The notes: generated from the sequence alone by a model not told the origin. A stretch of 58,657 nucleotides of DNA from an uncultured Gammaproteobacteria bacterium (GCA_963827755.1 CAWHCQ010000034.1:1-58657), one strand, 5' to 3'; counted from the stretch's first letter, positions 32,199 through 44,286 are shown. Program-made: numbers and translations.

Positions 32199-32330
32199 AC
32201 AACTGAATCTTCGTTCCGGAAAAACGGGAATTTTCAGGCAGGCGTTGCATGAACAAGCCGCGTGAATGACGCCGATGCAGCAGCCACGAGAATTTCCATA
32301 TATAAGGTATACACAGGAAAACGCACGACA

Positions 32331-35300
32331 ATGCCGAGCAAGGATGAAAAGCCGGTCACCGCTCCACTCAAGGCATTGAGATACCTTCTCTCGGGCGCAC
32401 ATCCTGCTGCTCTCGACTCCTTCGCAGGCGCGGCACAGGCAGCACCGGCTGCCGGCACCATCATCAGCAACCAGTCCGAGGCCAGTTACCACAACGACGT
32501 CGTCGGCATCGATGAGACAGTCTATTCAAATACCACCGAGCTCGTTGTTGCAGCCGTGGAAGGCGTCTCTCTTGTTGCCAACCTGACACGCACGGTCATG
32601 GCCGGTGACTCACTGAAACTTCCACATCGCCTGACCAACACCGGCAACACGACGACAGGCTATATTCTCAACACCAGCAACCTCGGTGGTAATGACTTCG
32701 ATCTGCTCAATATCACCATGGTGCATGACGTCAACGGCAACGGCATCGATGATCCCGGTGAACCGCAGATCGCACAGGGCGGTACGGTGACACTCGCAGC
32801 CACGGCCTTTCTCGACCTGGTGCTCGTTGGTGATGTGCCCGCTGGCGCCAGCCCGGGACAGAGCAGCATGCTGATGACGGAGGCAGTCTCGCAGAGCGCC
32901 GTGACAAGCGCGGCAGTCATCGACACCATTACCATCCAGTTAGCCCCGGACCCTGCGCTGTCCCTGCTGGCAGACAAGGGCACGGCCCTCCCGGGAGATG
33001 TGGTGGAATTCACCCTGACGGCCGTCAACACCGGTGCAGGGACCTGCCGGGCCGATCGATGTGCGTGTCGATAACGTGAGTACAACGCTGCTTGTTTTGC
33101 GCGACCCGATACCGCCGAACACGACATTCCTCGGCGTAACCAACAGCGGCATTGCCCAGGCCCTGTATCATGTTCTCGGCGATGCGCTGCACGATTACCA
33201 GAGTACCCCGCCGGTCGACCTGGCCAGCGTGGATGCCGTTGCATTTGGCTATGCCGATGCAGCACCCGGCTTCAATCAACAGGCGGGTTTCAATGTAACC
33301 ACCAACGCCAATGCCGGGGGAATCATCGCCAACCAGGCACAGCTGTATTACATGAATTCCCCGGCCAGCGTGATCGATTCCAACCCGGTCGTTGTCAGCC
33401 TGCCTGCAGCTGTCGCCGAAATCGGCTATTTTACCGACCCGGGCATGACAAACACGGCCGTTGTCTCGAGTGCGGGTAATCCACTGCACCTCGGTATGGA
33501 TGCCAGCGACTGCAATACCGATGCGGCTGTCATCGAGCAATACACGGTAACACTGACCACCACGCTGTCATCCGACCTGGAACCCGGCTTTGTCATCGTC
33601 GAGACCGGTGCAAACACGGGACTGTTTGCACTCGGCAATATACCGACGCGTCTCTGGCCTGCCTTCCCCAGCGTGTCCGGCAATAATATTCTTGAAGTCG
33701 CCACTGATGATGTCGCGACGGCAACTGTCAACTGCGGTGGCGTGTCACTGAGCACTGTAATCCTGATCGATCCGGCCGGCGTGGTGTTTGACTCGGCCAC
33801 CAACCAGCCGCTGGCGGGCGCGACTGTCACGCTGACGGTATCGATGCCGGTGGTAATGACTTTACACCCGTGGTGCGGGATGCGGGCGGTAACCCGGTCC
33901 CCAACACGGTTGTAACCGGTGCAGACGGGCGCTACGAATTTCCCCTCGTCGCCGCCAGTGATTACCGTCTTGACGTGATTGCACCGGCCAGTCACAGCTT
34001 CCCGTCAACCCGGCCAGCCGCCTCGTTCCCGCCCGGGCGCAACATCGACCCGGCCGGCTCATACGGCGGTACCTTTACGGTGTCGGTACTTTCGGGCCCG
34101 GTGTTTATCGACCTGCCACTCGACCCGGGAACCACGCAGCCCGGCCTGTTTGTCGACAAGACAGCCTCGAGAACGGTTGCCGGGGTTGGTGAAAGCATTC
34201 TCTACACGGTGAAAATCTCGAACGGCACCGGCCTGACGCTGACCAATACACGCCTTGTCGATACGCTGCCGGCCGGGTTTGCCTACCAGCGCGGCACTTC
34301 GCGCCTGGATGCCCTGCGGATCGGCGACCCGGACGGTGCCCCGGGAAGACAACTCGTATTCCAGCTCGGTACACTGGCTCCTGCAGCCGAACATATCCTG
34401 CATTACCGGGTACAGGTACGCACCGGTGCACTGCGTGGCGACGGTATCAACAGCGCACAGGTCAGCAGCGACCAGGCAACTTCCAACATCGCCAAGGCGA
34501 AGGTGCGCATTGCCGATGACGTATTTCGCGACGAGGCACTGATCCTCGGCAAGATCTTCATCGATTGCAACCGCGACCGTCTCCAGGGGGCGGAGGAACC
34601 CGGCATCCCGGGAGTGCGCATCTATCTTGACGATGGAACCTTCGTCGTTTCCGACGTCGAGGGCAAATACAGTTTTGTAGGTATTTCACCGCGCACGCAC
34701 GCCCTCAAGGTCGACGCAACCACGCTGCCGGCCGGTGCGGAGATGATCACGCTCGGCAACCGCAATGCAGGCGACCCGCTCAGCCTGTTCGTTGACCTGA
34801 AGAAGGGTGAACTGCATCGCGCCGATTTTGCGGAAGGTTCCTGTACACCGGCCATCGTGAAGCAGGTCAGGCAACGCCGCCTGCAGGGTGAGGTGCTGGT
34901 GGCCGAGGTCGATCAGCAGATGAGCCAGGAACTGCGCGCCGATGGCGAACGCCCCCGGGCAGATCCGCGTTCACGGCCGGCCAGCGGCGTACGCGATGCC
35001 GCCGGGAATATTGTTGATTTCGTACCGGTGTTTACCGGGACACCGCCCGATCCAGGCCTTTCCAACCTGCCGAAGCCCCCGGTGCGCAAGGCAGCCACCG
35101 TCAAGCTGGAATCCATACTGCCCGGTGTTGATCCCGGACTCGGTTTTATCGGCCTGCGCGACGGCGACACCGTCGCAAGCCAGCAGATCTCCATCCAGGT
35201 CAAGGGTGCGGCCGGCACCCGCCTGCCGCTGCTGGTGAACGACGAAGTGATCCCGGAGAGCCGTGTCGGGCAGAAGGCGGTCATGTCGAACCGTTCCGTC

Positions 35301-38189
35301 GGTGCCTGGGAATATGTCGCCGTCAAGCTGCAACCGGGTGAGAACCGGCTTGAAGTCCGCCAGCTGGATCCGTTCGGCAACATGCGTGGCAGCCACGGCA
35401 TTACTATCATTGCCCCCGGCAACCTGGGCAAACTGTCGCTTTCCGTTCCCGGCAACGGCACACCGGCGGACGGGCATACCCCTGCGCCGATCGTGGTGCA
35501 GCTGCAGGATGAAAACGATGTTCGGGTGACCGCGCGCACGCCGATCACGCTGGAGACCAGCGAGGGCCGCTGGGATGTCGATGACCTGGATCCGCTTGAA
35601 CCCGGCGTACAGGCCTTTATCGAGGGCGGCGAGGCCATCTTCGATTTGTTGCCCCCGCAGCAACCGGGTGACGCGCAGGTACGCGTCAGCAGCGGCGTGC
35701 TTGAATCGATGGTCAACGTGAGTTTCCTGCCGGACCTGCGGCCGCTGATTGCCGTTGGCGTGATCGAGGGCGCCATCGACTTCAGCCGACTCGATGAAGA
35801 TGACCTGGCGCCGGCAACCGAACAGGACAGCTTCGAGGAACAAATTCGCGAGCTGCAATTCGGTGATGGCGACAGGCTGCGCGGGGGCGTACGCGGATCG
35901 ATGTTTCTCAAGGGCAAGGTCAAGGGTGATTTCCTGTTGACCCTGTCCTACGATTCCGACAAGGATCTCAAAGACCGCCTGTTCCGCGATATTCAGCCGG
36001 ACGAGTTTTACCCGGTGTACGGGGACTCTGCTATCAAGGGCTTCGATGCACAGTCAACCAGCCGCCTGTATGTACGCCTCGACAAGGGCAAGTCCTATAC
36101 GCTCTATGGTGACTACACCACACAGTCGGACAGCGAGGCGCTGAAGCTGGGTAATTACAGCCGCAGTCTCACCGGCCTGCGTGGCCATTATGAAACCGGG
36201 CGAGCTTCCATCAACTATTTTTCCGCCTACGATGATAGCCGCCAGCGCGTCATCGAGATACCGGGGAAGGGAATATCCGGACCTTACAGCATCGGTGCCA
36301 GCGAAATTGTCCGCAACAGCGAAAAAGTCGAAATCCTGACCCGCGACCGCAACCAGCCGGCACTGATCATCGAAACCAGGGCGCAAACCCGGTTTGCGGA
36401 CTACACCATCAACGCAATCGATGGCACGTTGCTGTTCCGCCGCCCTGTTTCCAGTGTCGATGCCAATCTGAACCCGGTAAGTATCCGGGTTGCCTTTGAA
36501 GTCGATGAAGGAGGAGAGGACTTCTGGATCTATGGCTTCAACGGCCAGCTGCACCTGACTGGCAATATCGATGTCGGCGCCTCCTTTGTGCGCGACGAGG
36601 ATCCCGGCAACAGGTATGAACTTTACAGTACCAATCTGTCGGTGAAGGTCGGGGAGCAGGGGAGATTGCTTGCTGAAATCGCACAATCCCGGCGTGAGCT
36701 CGGCAAGAGAGGCACCGCGAAACGGATTGAATACCGCCATGGCGGGAAGCGTCTGGAGGCGCGGGTATATGCCGCTGACACGGACAAGGCCTTCGACAAC
36801 CCGACCGCCTCGGTCACGCCCGGCCGGCGCGAGGCCGGTGCGCGCGCAATCGTCAGGATCGATGATCATTCGCGGCTCTCCACCGAGGTGCTGTTTACCG
36901 AAGACCGGGAGACCGGCGGGATCCGGCGCGGCGCAGAGATCTATCTCGACCGGGACCTGCCCTTTAACCTGCGCGCGGAGGCCGGCCTGCGCCATGCAAA
37001 GGAAACAACGGCCGCCGCATTACCCGCCAGTGAGGGCACGACACCGAGGGAAACCAACAGTATCCGTGGCAAGCTCGGTTGGCAGCCCGGGTTTCTTCCC
37101 CAGGCTAATGTGTCAGTCGAGTATGAACAGGATATCTCGGACAGTGCCCTGAAACAGGCCGCAGTCGCCGGTGAGTATCAACTGACAGACCGGGGGCGCC
37201 TCTACCTTCGCCATGAGTTCATCAACAGCCTGAGCGGAATCTATGGACTGAACGGGGTCAGCGACAACAGCAACAGCACGGTGCTGGGCCTCGATTACGA
37301 TTACATGGAGGATGGCCAGTTGTTCAACGAATACCGGCTGCGCGATGCCGTCAGCGGCCGCGAGGCCGAGGCGTCCATCGGTCTGCGCAACCTCTGGACC
37401 CTTGCCGATGGTCTGCGCATCCAGACCGGATTCGAGCGCATCCACCCCCTCGTCGGTGATACAGCAGACGAGGCGACAGCCGTGACGGGCGCCATCGAGT
37501 ACACGGCCAATCCACTCTGGAAAGGCACGGCACGGCTTGAATTGCGCCGCGCTTCCACCACAGAGAATCTATTGAATACATTAGGTTACGCCAGAAAGCT
37601 GGACCGGGACTGGACAGCACTGGCGAAAAACACCCTGACTCTTGAGCGTGCCCGTGACAGTGATGACCTGCATACCCGGGAGCGTATTCAACTGGGACTG
37701 GCCTACCGGGATACGGATACGAATCTCTGGCAGGTGCTGACGCGCTACGAGTACAAGTACGATAAGGACGAGGCCATCGATGACCGGCGGCGTGTTCACA
37801 TGTGGTCCGGTCATGCCAACTACCATCCGAGTCGCCCGCTGACCCTGAGTGGCCGCTATGCAGGCAAGTGGGTGGAAGAAGAGGCCACCGACTTTAATAA
37901 CGATTTCATGGCGCATTTGCTCAGCGCCCGCCTGATGTATGACTTGAGCGAACGCTGGGACCTCGGCCTGATAGCCAGCACCCTGTTTATGGATGGCTTC
38001 GACTCACACCAGTACGGGCTGGGCGTGGAGGCCGGCTACCAGCTGACCTATAACCTGTGGCTGTCGGCAGGCTATAACTTCTTCGGGTTTAAAGACGAAG
38101 ACCTGGACGAGGAAGACGCAAGCAACCCGGGTGCATACGCACGCATGCGCCTCAAGTTCGATGAAGACATGTTCAACTGGCTGCAATAG
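32331..38189 (+). CDS. Very large (about 1950 aa) DUF11/SdrD-B repeat protein with C-terminal outer-membrane beta-barrel (frameshifts near 33045 and 33850)
   Basis: Mature N-terminus APAAGTIISNQSEASY; DUF11 units; GKIFIDCNRD...GIPGVRIYL SdrD-B-like unit; Big-1-like PADG unit; YPVYGDS motif; long run of amphipathic beta strands ending LWLSAGYN...GAYARMRLKFDE. Confidence 0.85.
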
Positions 38190-38205
38190 GAAAGAACGGG
38201 AAACG

Positions 38206-39212
38206 ATGATGAAATACAAATACAGGTCATTCATTGCCGCAGCAATCATGCTGGCAGGCAGTGGTTGTGCAGTTAGTACGGATATCGTCAAGCAGTCGCA
38301 TGCGCCACGTGGCATCCATGAACAATCGGCGCGCATCACGGATGAAGCGATTGAAAACGATATTGCGTATATCGAGGGCCTGCGCCAGCGGCTTGCCGTC
38401 CTGAACACCTCGGGAACGCCCATCGAGAGCTATCATGTCTGCAAGGCGCAGGCATGGCTGGACATGGCCTTCGATGAATACACGGATAATGACCGCAGCG
38501 CGGTTGTTGCCGCCGCCCTGCAGCAGGCCGAAACCATTATCACCGGACTGGAACAGGGCGGCGCGATCAGCAAGACAACAGCGGTCATCGAAACCAGCCA
38601 GTACCTGCGCGAAGACCTGTGGGCCTCGGCAGAGGCGGCAAAAAACGGCGCATACTTCGAGTGTACGGCCTGCGATGTTGCCCGCCTCGAGGTGCAGCTG
38701 GTCTGGATCGGCCATGAAATCAACGAGCTTGGCTGGCGCCATGCCGAATCCGAAATCATGGCCGCCGAACGCATCGAGCGCAGCCTCAGGGAAAACACGG
38801 CACGTTGCCGGGGCATCGAGGAAACCCGGCTGGCACTGCCTGACCGCCTGCATTTTGCCCACGACAGCAGCCGCATCTGCGCCGCAGTCGGCCGCCTTGC
38901 TCGAGCGTATTGCAGCCTACATGCAGACCGACGAAACCACCCGGCTCGTGCTGAAAGGATTTGCGGACGAAACCGGCAGCGCTGATTATAATCTGGCGCT
39001 GTCGCAACGCCGCGCCGTTGCCGCGCGCGAGTTCCTGCTGGAAAAGGGTATTGCACCGCAGCGGCTGACACTGCGCGCCCTGGGTGAACTGCAACCCGTG
39101 AAGCACGGACGCAGCAGGGAGGCGCTTGCCTATAACCGCCGCGTGGAGCTGCTGCTCATCAGGGCGACACCACATTGACGTGGAAAACCTGTACCTGGAT
39201 CTTCAGCCATAG
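38206..39212 (+). CDS. OmpA-C (peptidoglycan-binding) lipoprotein (frameshifts near 38880 and 39165; end approximate)
   Basis: Lipobox LAGSGC; helical N-domain KAQAWLD...LEVQLVWIGHE..GWRHA; LHFAHDSS, GFAD, YNLALSQRRA, NRRVE. Confidence 0.88.
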
Positions 39213-39217
39213 GGACC

Positions 39218-42052
39218 ATGATGACAAGCCGCAAACACACTGCAGCTGTGACGACGCCTTCAGCGCGAGGCGTGCCGAATACATCGCCGAATAAGGCAGG
39301 CGGGCGTGCTGTTGCTGCTTGCCGCGGGCCTGCTTGCGGCGCCCGTGCAGGTGATACGTGCCGAGGGCTCCGCACAGACGGGCCTGAACCAGCCCCTGTA
39401 TGAATACGGGGCGACACATTCCCTGCTCAGCCCGATCAACCGGCCGCTGTACGTCGATATCAGCTCCGCGGGCGCAGGTGATCAATTTCTCCCTTTGCGG
39501 CAACGCAGACTCCGACCAGTTACGCGTCGAGTTGCGCAATCCCGTGGGGACAATCGTGTTGAACCAGACCCTGTCGACGGCGACGACCGGGGTCGGCAGG
39601 GTAACGTGTACCAACCCCTTCAGCGCGGCGCTGAACAATCCGTTGAAATACGTCACCACGACCAGCGGCGCCTACGAGGTCCGCCTGTACAACAACTCCA
39701 GCACCGTGTTCAGGCGTTTCGATATCACGGTCACGCCGAACACCGCTACCTTGCCGAATCCCACGATAAGGGCCGGCCGCCTGTGGTCCTACAGCTGGGC
39801 CTTCAATGCCGGCAGCTACGTGAAGACGGCCTCCACCGATGCCGATTATTTCTCCCTGACACCGGGCAGCGAACCGGGAACCAACTTTATCTGGCGGCTC
39901 GATCTGAACAAGTTCGCCGGCTATGTCTACGAGATCGCGGCCAACGGTATTGGTGTCGATGCACCCAACTCGGGCCTCAGCGTGCCGACGTCCGGCAACA
40001 ACCTCACTCCGGATTTCCCCGTCTACCTGGGCTACCCGGTCGTTGCCGGCCCGTTGCCGGCGGTGGCGCCATCGACTTCAAACTTCTATTTCGTCGACAA
40101 CGCCGGCCAGGATTCAGGCATCTCCCCGGGGGCGACCACCGGCGTCCAGGACAGCGGCACGTTCTATTTCGATACCAACGGCACCCTCAACTACGCCATC
40201 GTCATCGATACCAACCAGGACAACATCTACAGCGCCGGCGACGTGCTCCTGCTGGGCCCGGCAACGTCCGGTACGAATGCCGTGGATTGGGACGGCCGCG
40301 ACAACAACGGCGCCGTGTTGCCGGTCGGTACCTACAATGCCCGTCTGCAGGTGCGTTCGGGTGAATACCACTTTGTCGCCTCGGACGCCGAGACCAGTGG
40401 CGGCGACGAACCGGGGCTGACGATTTACCGTGCCCTGCCTGGCGGCGGCACCGTGAACACGCTGGTCTACTGGGACGACCTGACCGTGCTCGGCGGCACG
40501 ACCACCCTGCCGACCGGCCAGATGGCCGGACGTCATACCTGGGGTGATTTCACCGGCACCAGTTTCGGCAACCAGCGCTATATCGATACCTATGTCTTCG
40601 GCGGCGTGGCAACGACCACGGACAGTTCGGTCAACATAACCACGGTCGACACGCAGATCACGGGCCGTGTCTGGTCAGATGCCAATCATAACGGCGTCCT
40701 CGACGCGGGCGAGAACGGTATTGCCGGGGTCACGGTGGTGCTGCACAACACGGTTGCCGGCAGTTGCCAGGGCGTGCAGACCGATACCAGCGGCCACTAC
40801 ACCTTCATCGGGATCGCCGATGGCAGTTATCAAATTATCGAGGCGGCAGGGGAGAGCGTACCGGTACCCGGGACCTGCCCGCCCCCGGCCAGCGATCCGC
40901 CTGGCTACTTCTCGGTCACCGCGAACAGCCACGCCGTTGTGGCGACCGGGAATCGATATTTCAGGACGCGATTTCGGCGATTTCAACGGCAGCCGTTACG
41001 AAGGACGTGTCTTCGAGGACAACGGTACTGGCGGTGCGGTGGCCCATGACGGCAGCATGACGGGGGCCGAGAAAGGCCTGCCCGGCATCGTGGTTCAGGC
41101 AAGCAACGGCGCGACACTGGACAGCACGACGACGAATGCAGACGGTGACTTCGTCCTCTGGATCGCTGCTGCGGCCAGCGGTGCGAATGTCGACATCATT
41201 GCAGCCGCTCCGGACAGCAACCTGGCTGTCAGCAAGGCGAATGGCGGAGCAGGGGATGCTGCCGCGCCAACCGCCTACCACCAGATCAGCGTCACGCCTG
41301 TTTCCGGACAGGTCTATAGCGGACTCGCCTTCGGCCAGGCGCGCAAACCGGCCCTTGCACCGGACCATAGCCGTTCCGCTACCGCCGGCAGTACGCTGTT
41401 TTATCCGCACACTTTCACCGCCTACAGCAGCGGCACGGTGAGCTTCAGCACGCCGGACCTCGTTGCAACACCGAATGTTCCCGGCTGGAATGCCGTGCTC
41501 TATAACGACAGCAACTGCAATGGCACGCTGGAGCAGGGTGAGCCTGCGCACACGACGCCCGTGCCGATGGATGCTGACGTCGCCAACCAGGTCTGCCTGA
41601 TCGCGCAGGTGTTTGTCCCGGCGAGCGCGCCAGCCAACGCCCAATACGCGGTGACCGTCGCCGCGACCTTCAGTTATGCGGCGACCGGCGCGATGACTGT
41701 GCGCCAGCGCACCGACCTGACCACGGTCGGCGACTCGAGCCTTGTGCTGGTCAAGGTGGTCGACAAGCCCACGGCACAGCCCGGCGAGTTGCTGACCTAT
41801 ACCATTACCTACACCAACACAGGCAGTGAAGCATTGAGCACGCTCGTTATCGACGACGCCACGCCGGGCTTTACGACGTTCAACAGTGCCAGCTGCCTGC
41901 TGCCGCTGCCGGCCAACCTGACGGGCTGCTCTGCAAGTACCCAGCCTGCGCCCGGTGCGACCGGTCCCATTCGGTGGACCTTCAACCCGGGCGACACCCT
42001 GCAGTCGGGCGCCAGCGGCCAGGTACAATTCCTGGTAACCGTCGACAATTGA
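39218..42052 (+). CDS. Secreted DUF11/SdrD-B/FlgD-Ig protein, putative tip adhesin (frameshifts near 39300, 39480, 40950)
   Basis: Signal LLLLAAGLLAAPVQVIRA; unique N-terminal domain; WDGRDNNGAVLPVGTY FlgD-Ig motif; ITGRVWSDANHNG SdrD-B unit; C-terminal truncated DUF11 ending VQFLVTVDN. Confidence 0.82.
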
Positions 42053-42203
42053 TGGCTCCTGATCGCCCGCTGCCTGCGGGACAACTGAATGGCTGAAGAG
42101 GCAGGGAAGCAAAGGCGGGCGCTTCAGACGACACGGGAGCAGTGACCGTGAGAATTGGGGTGAGGAGGTAAAACAAGTTTCAATAGTAGGTTATCCTTTT
42201 CGA

Positions 42204-42830
42204 ATGCAAGCAGAGGGCGTCATCAAGTTCGACCTGCAGTTCACCAGGGCAGACCCGAGTGTTACGGACCTGGATGAGCTCAACCGCTGGCGCAGCATCC
42301 TCTGGAACCTCAAACTCATAGGCCAGGATCCCGGCCGTTACGGCGGTTATGGCTTCGGCAACGTCAGCCAGCGCATCGAACCTTTTTATGCCGCCCGCGG
42401 CAATCGCGCCTTTGTCATCAGCGGAACACAAACGGGCAAGCTGGAACTGCTGGAAAACAAACACTATGCAACCGTCAGCGCCTGGGACGCCACCCGTAAC
42501 CGGGTGATTGCCTCGGGACTCGTCAAACCCTCATCGGAATCACTGACGCACGCGGCGATCTACGACTCGAATGACGCGTTGCGGGTAATTCTGCATGTGC
42601 ATTCACCGGAGATATGGAACAGCGCCGCTGACAAAGGCATCGCGTCAACAGACCCGTCAGTTGAATACGGTACTCCGGCGATGGCTGAAGAAGTCCGGCG
42701 CCTGTTCAAAACAACCGATGCGTGCCAGGCCGGCATATTTGCCATGGGCGGCCACGAGGACGGCGTCGTGTCGTTCGGGACCGGTGTCGAACAGGCCGGC
42801 CAGGTCCTGCTACGTGCACTCGGGGTGTAA
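42204..42830 (+). CDS. Class II aldolase/adducin family protein
   Basis: GFGNVSQR, ISGTQTG, PSSESLTHAAIY, LHVHS, YGTPAMA, MGGHEDG. Confidence 0.9.
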   Translation: MQAEGVIKFDLQFTRADPSVTDLDELNRWRSILWNLKLIGQDPGRYGGYGFGNVSQRIEPFYAARGNRAFVISGTQTGKLELLENKHYATVSAWDATRNRVIASGLVKPSSESLTHAAIYDSNDALRVILHVHSPEIWNSAADKGIASTDPSVEYGTPAMAEEVRRLFKTTDACQAGIFAMGGHEDGVVSFGTGVEQAGQVLLRALGV

Positions 42831-42908
42831 CGGCATTGGGATACGCGATACACCGGAATAGAGAGGAGCAGGTCTGTCTGGGCAGTAGTTATCCTGTGTA
42901 TTTATCCT

Positions 42909-42936
42909 ATTTAACATAATATACATTATACGAACT
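42909..42936 (-). other. dif: dif site (XerC/XerD chromosome dimer resolution)
   Basis: Minus strand AGTTCGTATAA-TGTATA-TTATGTTAAAT; XerD arm and spacer identical to E. coli dif (GGTGCGCATAA-TGTATA-TTATGTTAAAT); intergenic AT-rich location. Confidence 0.93.
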
Positions 42937-43104
42937 ATATATAATCCTGGATGGTCTTCACTTCAGGCTCAGGGCGACATATTCCAGTCAACGCGAATGT
43001 CTATCCCGCCTTGAATGAGGCTGATAATAGTAGTTCAACTATCTGTTATAGTTATTTTTACAGGCTTTATTTCCTGTAAACCCCGGCAGACATGAAGCAA
43101 CCCG

Positions 43105-44049
43105 ATGAAAATACCATTTCCAAACGTCCGGCTGACAGGCCGCGCAGCCGTCCTGTTTCTCTGCATCGCCGTCAACAGCAGCAGCGCACGAGCCGACACC
43201 TTTATCCAGCCACCTGACGATATTGACCTCATAGGCAGCCTGCAATACGTCAAGGCCCACCAGAACGAAACCCTGCTGGATATTGCACGCAATAATGATA
43301 TCGGCCAGGAAGAGATCCTGATTGCGAACCGGGACGTCGACCGCTGGTTGCCGGTCAATAATCCCGTCGTCAGGCTGCCCAAGCGTTACGTGTTACCGAA
43401 TGCTGCGCGTACCGGGCTGGTGCTGAACCTCCCGGAAATGCGCCTCTATTACTTTTACCGGTCGAAATACAACAATACCCCGCAGGTCATCACCCATCCC
43501 GTCAGCGTGGGCAGAATGGACTGGGAAACCCCGCTGGGAAAGACCAGCATAGCCTCCAAGCAACGAGACCCCTCCTGGCGGCCGCCGCAGTCACTCAAGG
43601 ACGAAGCCATCGCGGAAGGCGATGATCCCCTGCCCGACGTCGTCCCTCCCGGGCCCGATAATCCGCTGGGAGGCTATGCCATGCGTCTGGCTGTTCCGGG
43701 TTACCTGTTACACAGCACCAACAAGCCGTATGGCGTCGGTATGCGCGTCACCCACGGCTGCCTGCGCATGTATCCCGAGGATATCGAACAACTGTTCGAT
43801 GATGTCCCCGTTGGCACGCCTGTAAATATCGTCAATCAGCCGGTGAAACTGGGCTGGCTTGCAGATACCCTGTATATAGAGATCCATCCGGCGCTGGAAG
43901 AAAATCTGCAAAAACCCGGTACTGATTACCAAACGATATTGAACCTGGTAGCCGGGTTCACGGCCGACAGGCCCGTTACCCTCAATACCGCGGCACTGCG
44001 CATGGCCATCGAGAAGCAGGATGGAATACCGGTGGCAATTTCGGAATAA
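43105..44049 (+). CDS. L,D-transpeptidase, ErfK/YbiS/YcfS/YnhG family
   Basis: Signal peptide; LysM-like ETLLDIAR; NLPEMRLYY, GPDNPLG, HSTN...THGCLRM catalytic motif; C-terminal YIEIH domain. Confidence 0.93.
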   Translation: MKIPFPNVRLTGRAAVLFLCIAVNSSSARADTFIQPPDDIDLIGSLQYVKAHQNETLLDIARNNDIGQEEILIANRDVDRWLPVNNPVVRLPKRYVLPNAARTGLVLNLPEMRLYYFYRSKYNNTPQVITHPVSVGRMDWETPLGKTSIASKQRDPSWRPPQSLKDEAIAEGDDPLPDVVPPGPDNPLGGYAMRLAVPGYLLHSTNKPYGVGMRVTHGCLRMYPEDIEQLFDDVPVGTPVNIVNQPVKLGWLADTLYIEIHPALEENLQKPGTDYQTILNLVAGFTADRPVTLNTAALRMAIEKQDGIPVAISE

Positions 44050-44237
44050 GCCTGTCGCACCCTTTGCAGATGCAGTCGCACTTTTTTCATTCGCCCAAAA
44101 AAATACGCCCCATCCCTGAGGCGCAAGGCGGCATAGCGGAGAGGTTATTATTATGTTCCATGCCACTTGCTAACAACATTAACCGGCCGCTGCACGCCTG
44201 TATATTGAACTGAAGTACAATCACGCGCTTGCCGGCA

Positions 44238-44264
44238 CAAAAAAGGCCCCGCGTGGGGGCCTTC
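44238..44264 (-). terminator. Intrinsic terminator after the Lpp/OprI-like gene
   Basis: Minus strand GAAGGCCCC-CACGC-GGGGCC-TTTTTTG. Confidence 0.8.
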
Positions 44265-44286
44265 TGGATGAAGCTGACCAGCCGTG

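Noticed and set aside
34913-42112. Long antisense ORFs (34913-35923, 36054-36995, 40961-42112; also 8796-9851)
   Set aside because: Shadow frames of GC-rich coding genes; no motifs or RBS and fully overlapping well-supported genes.
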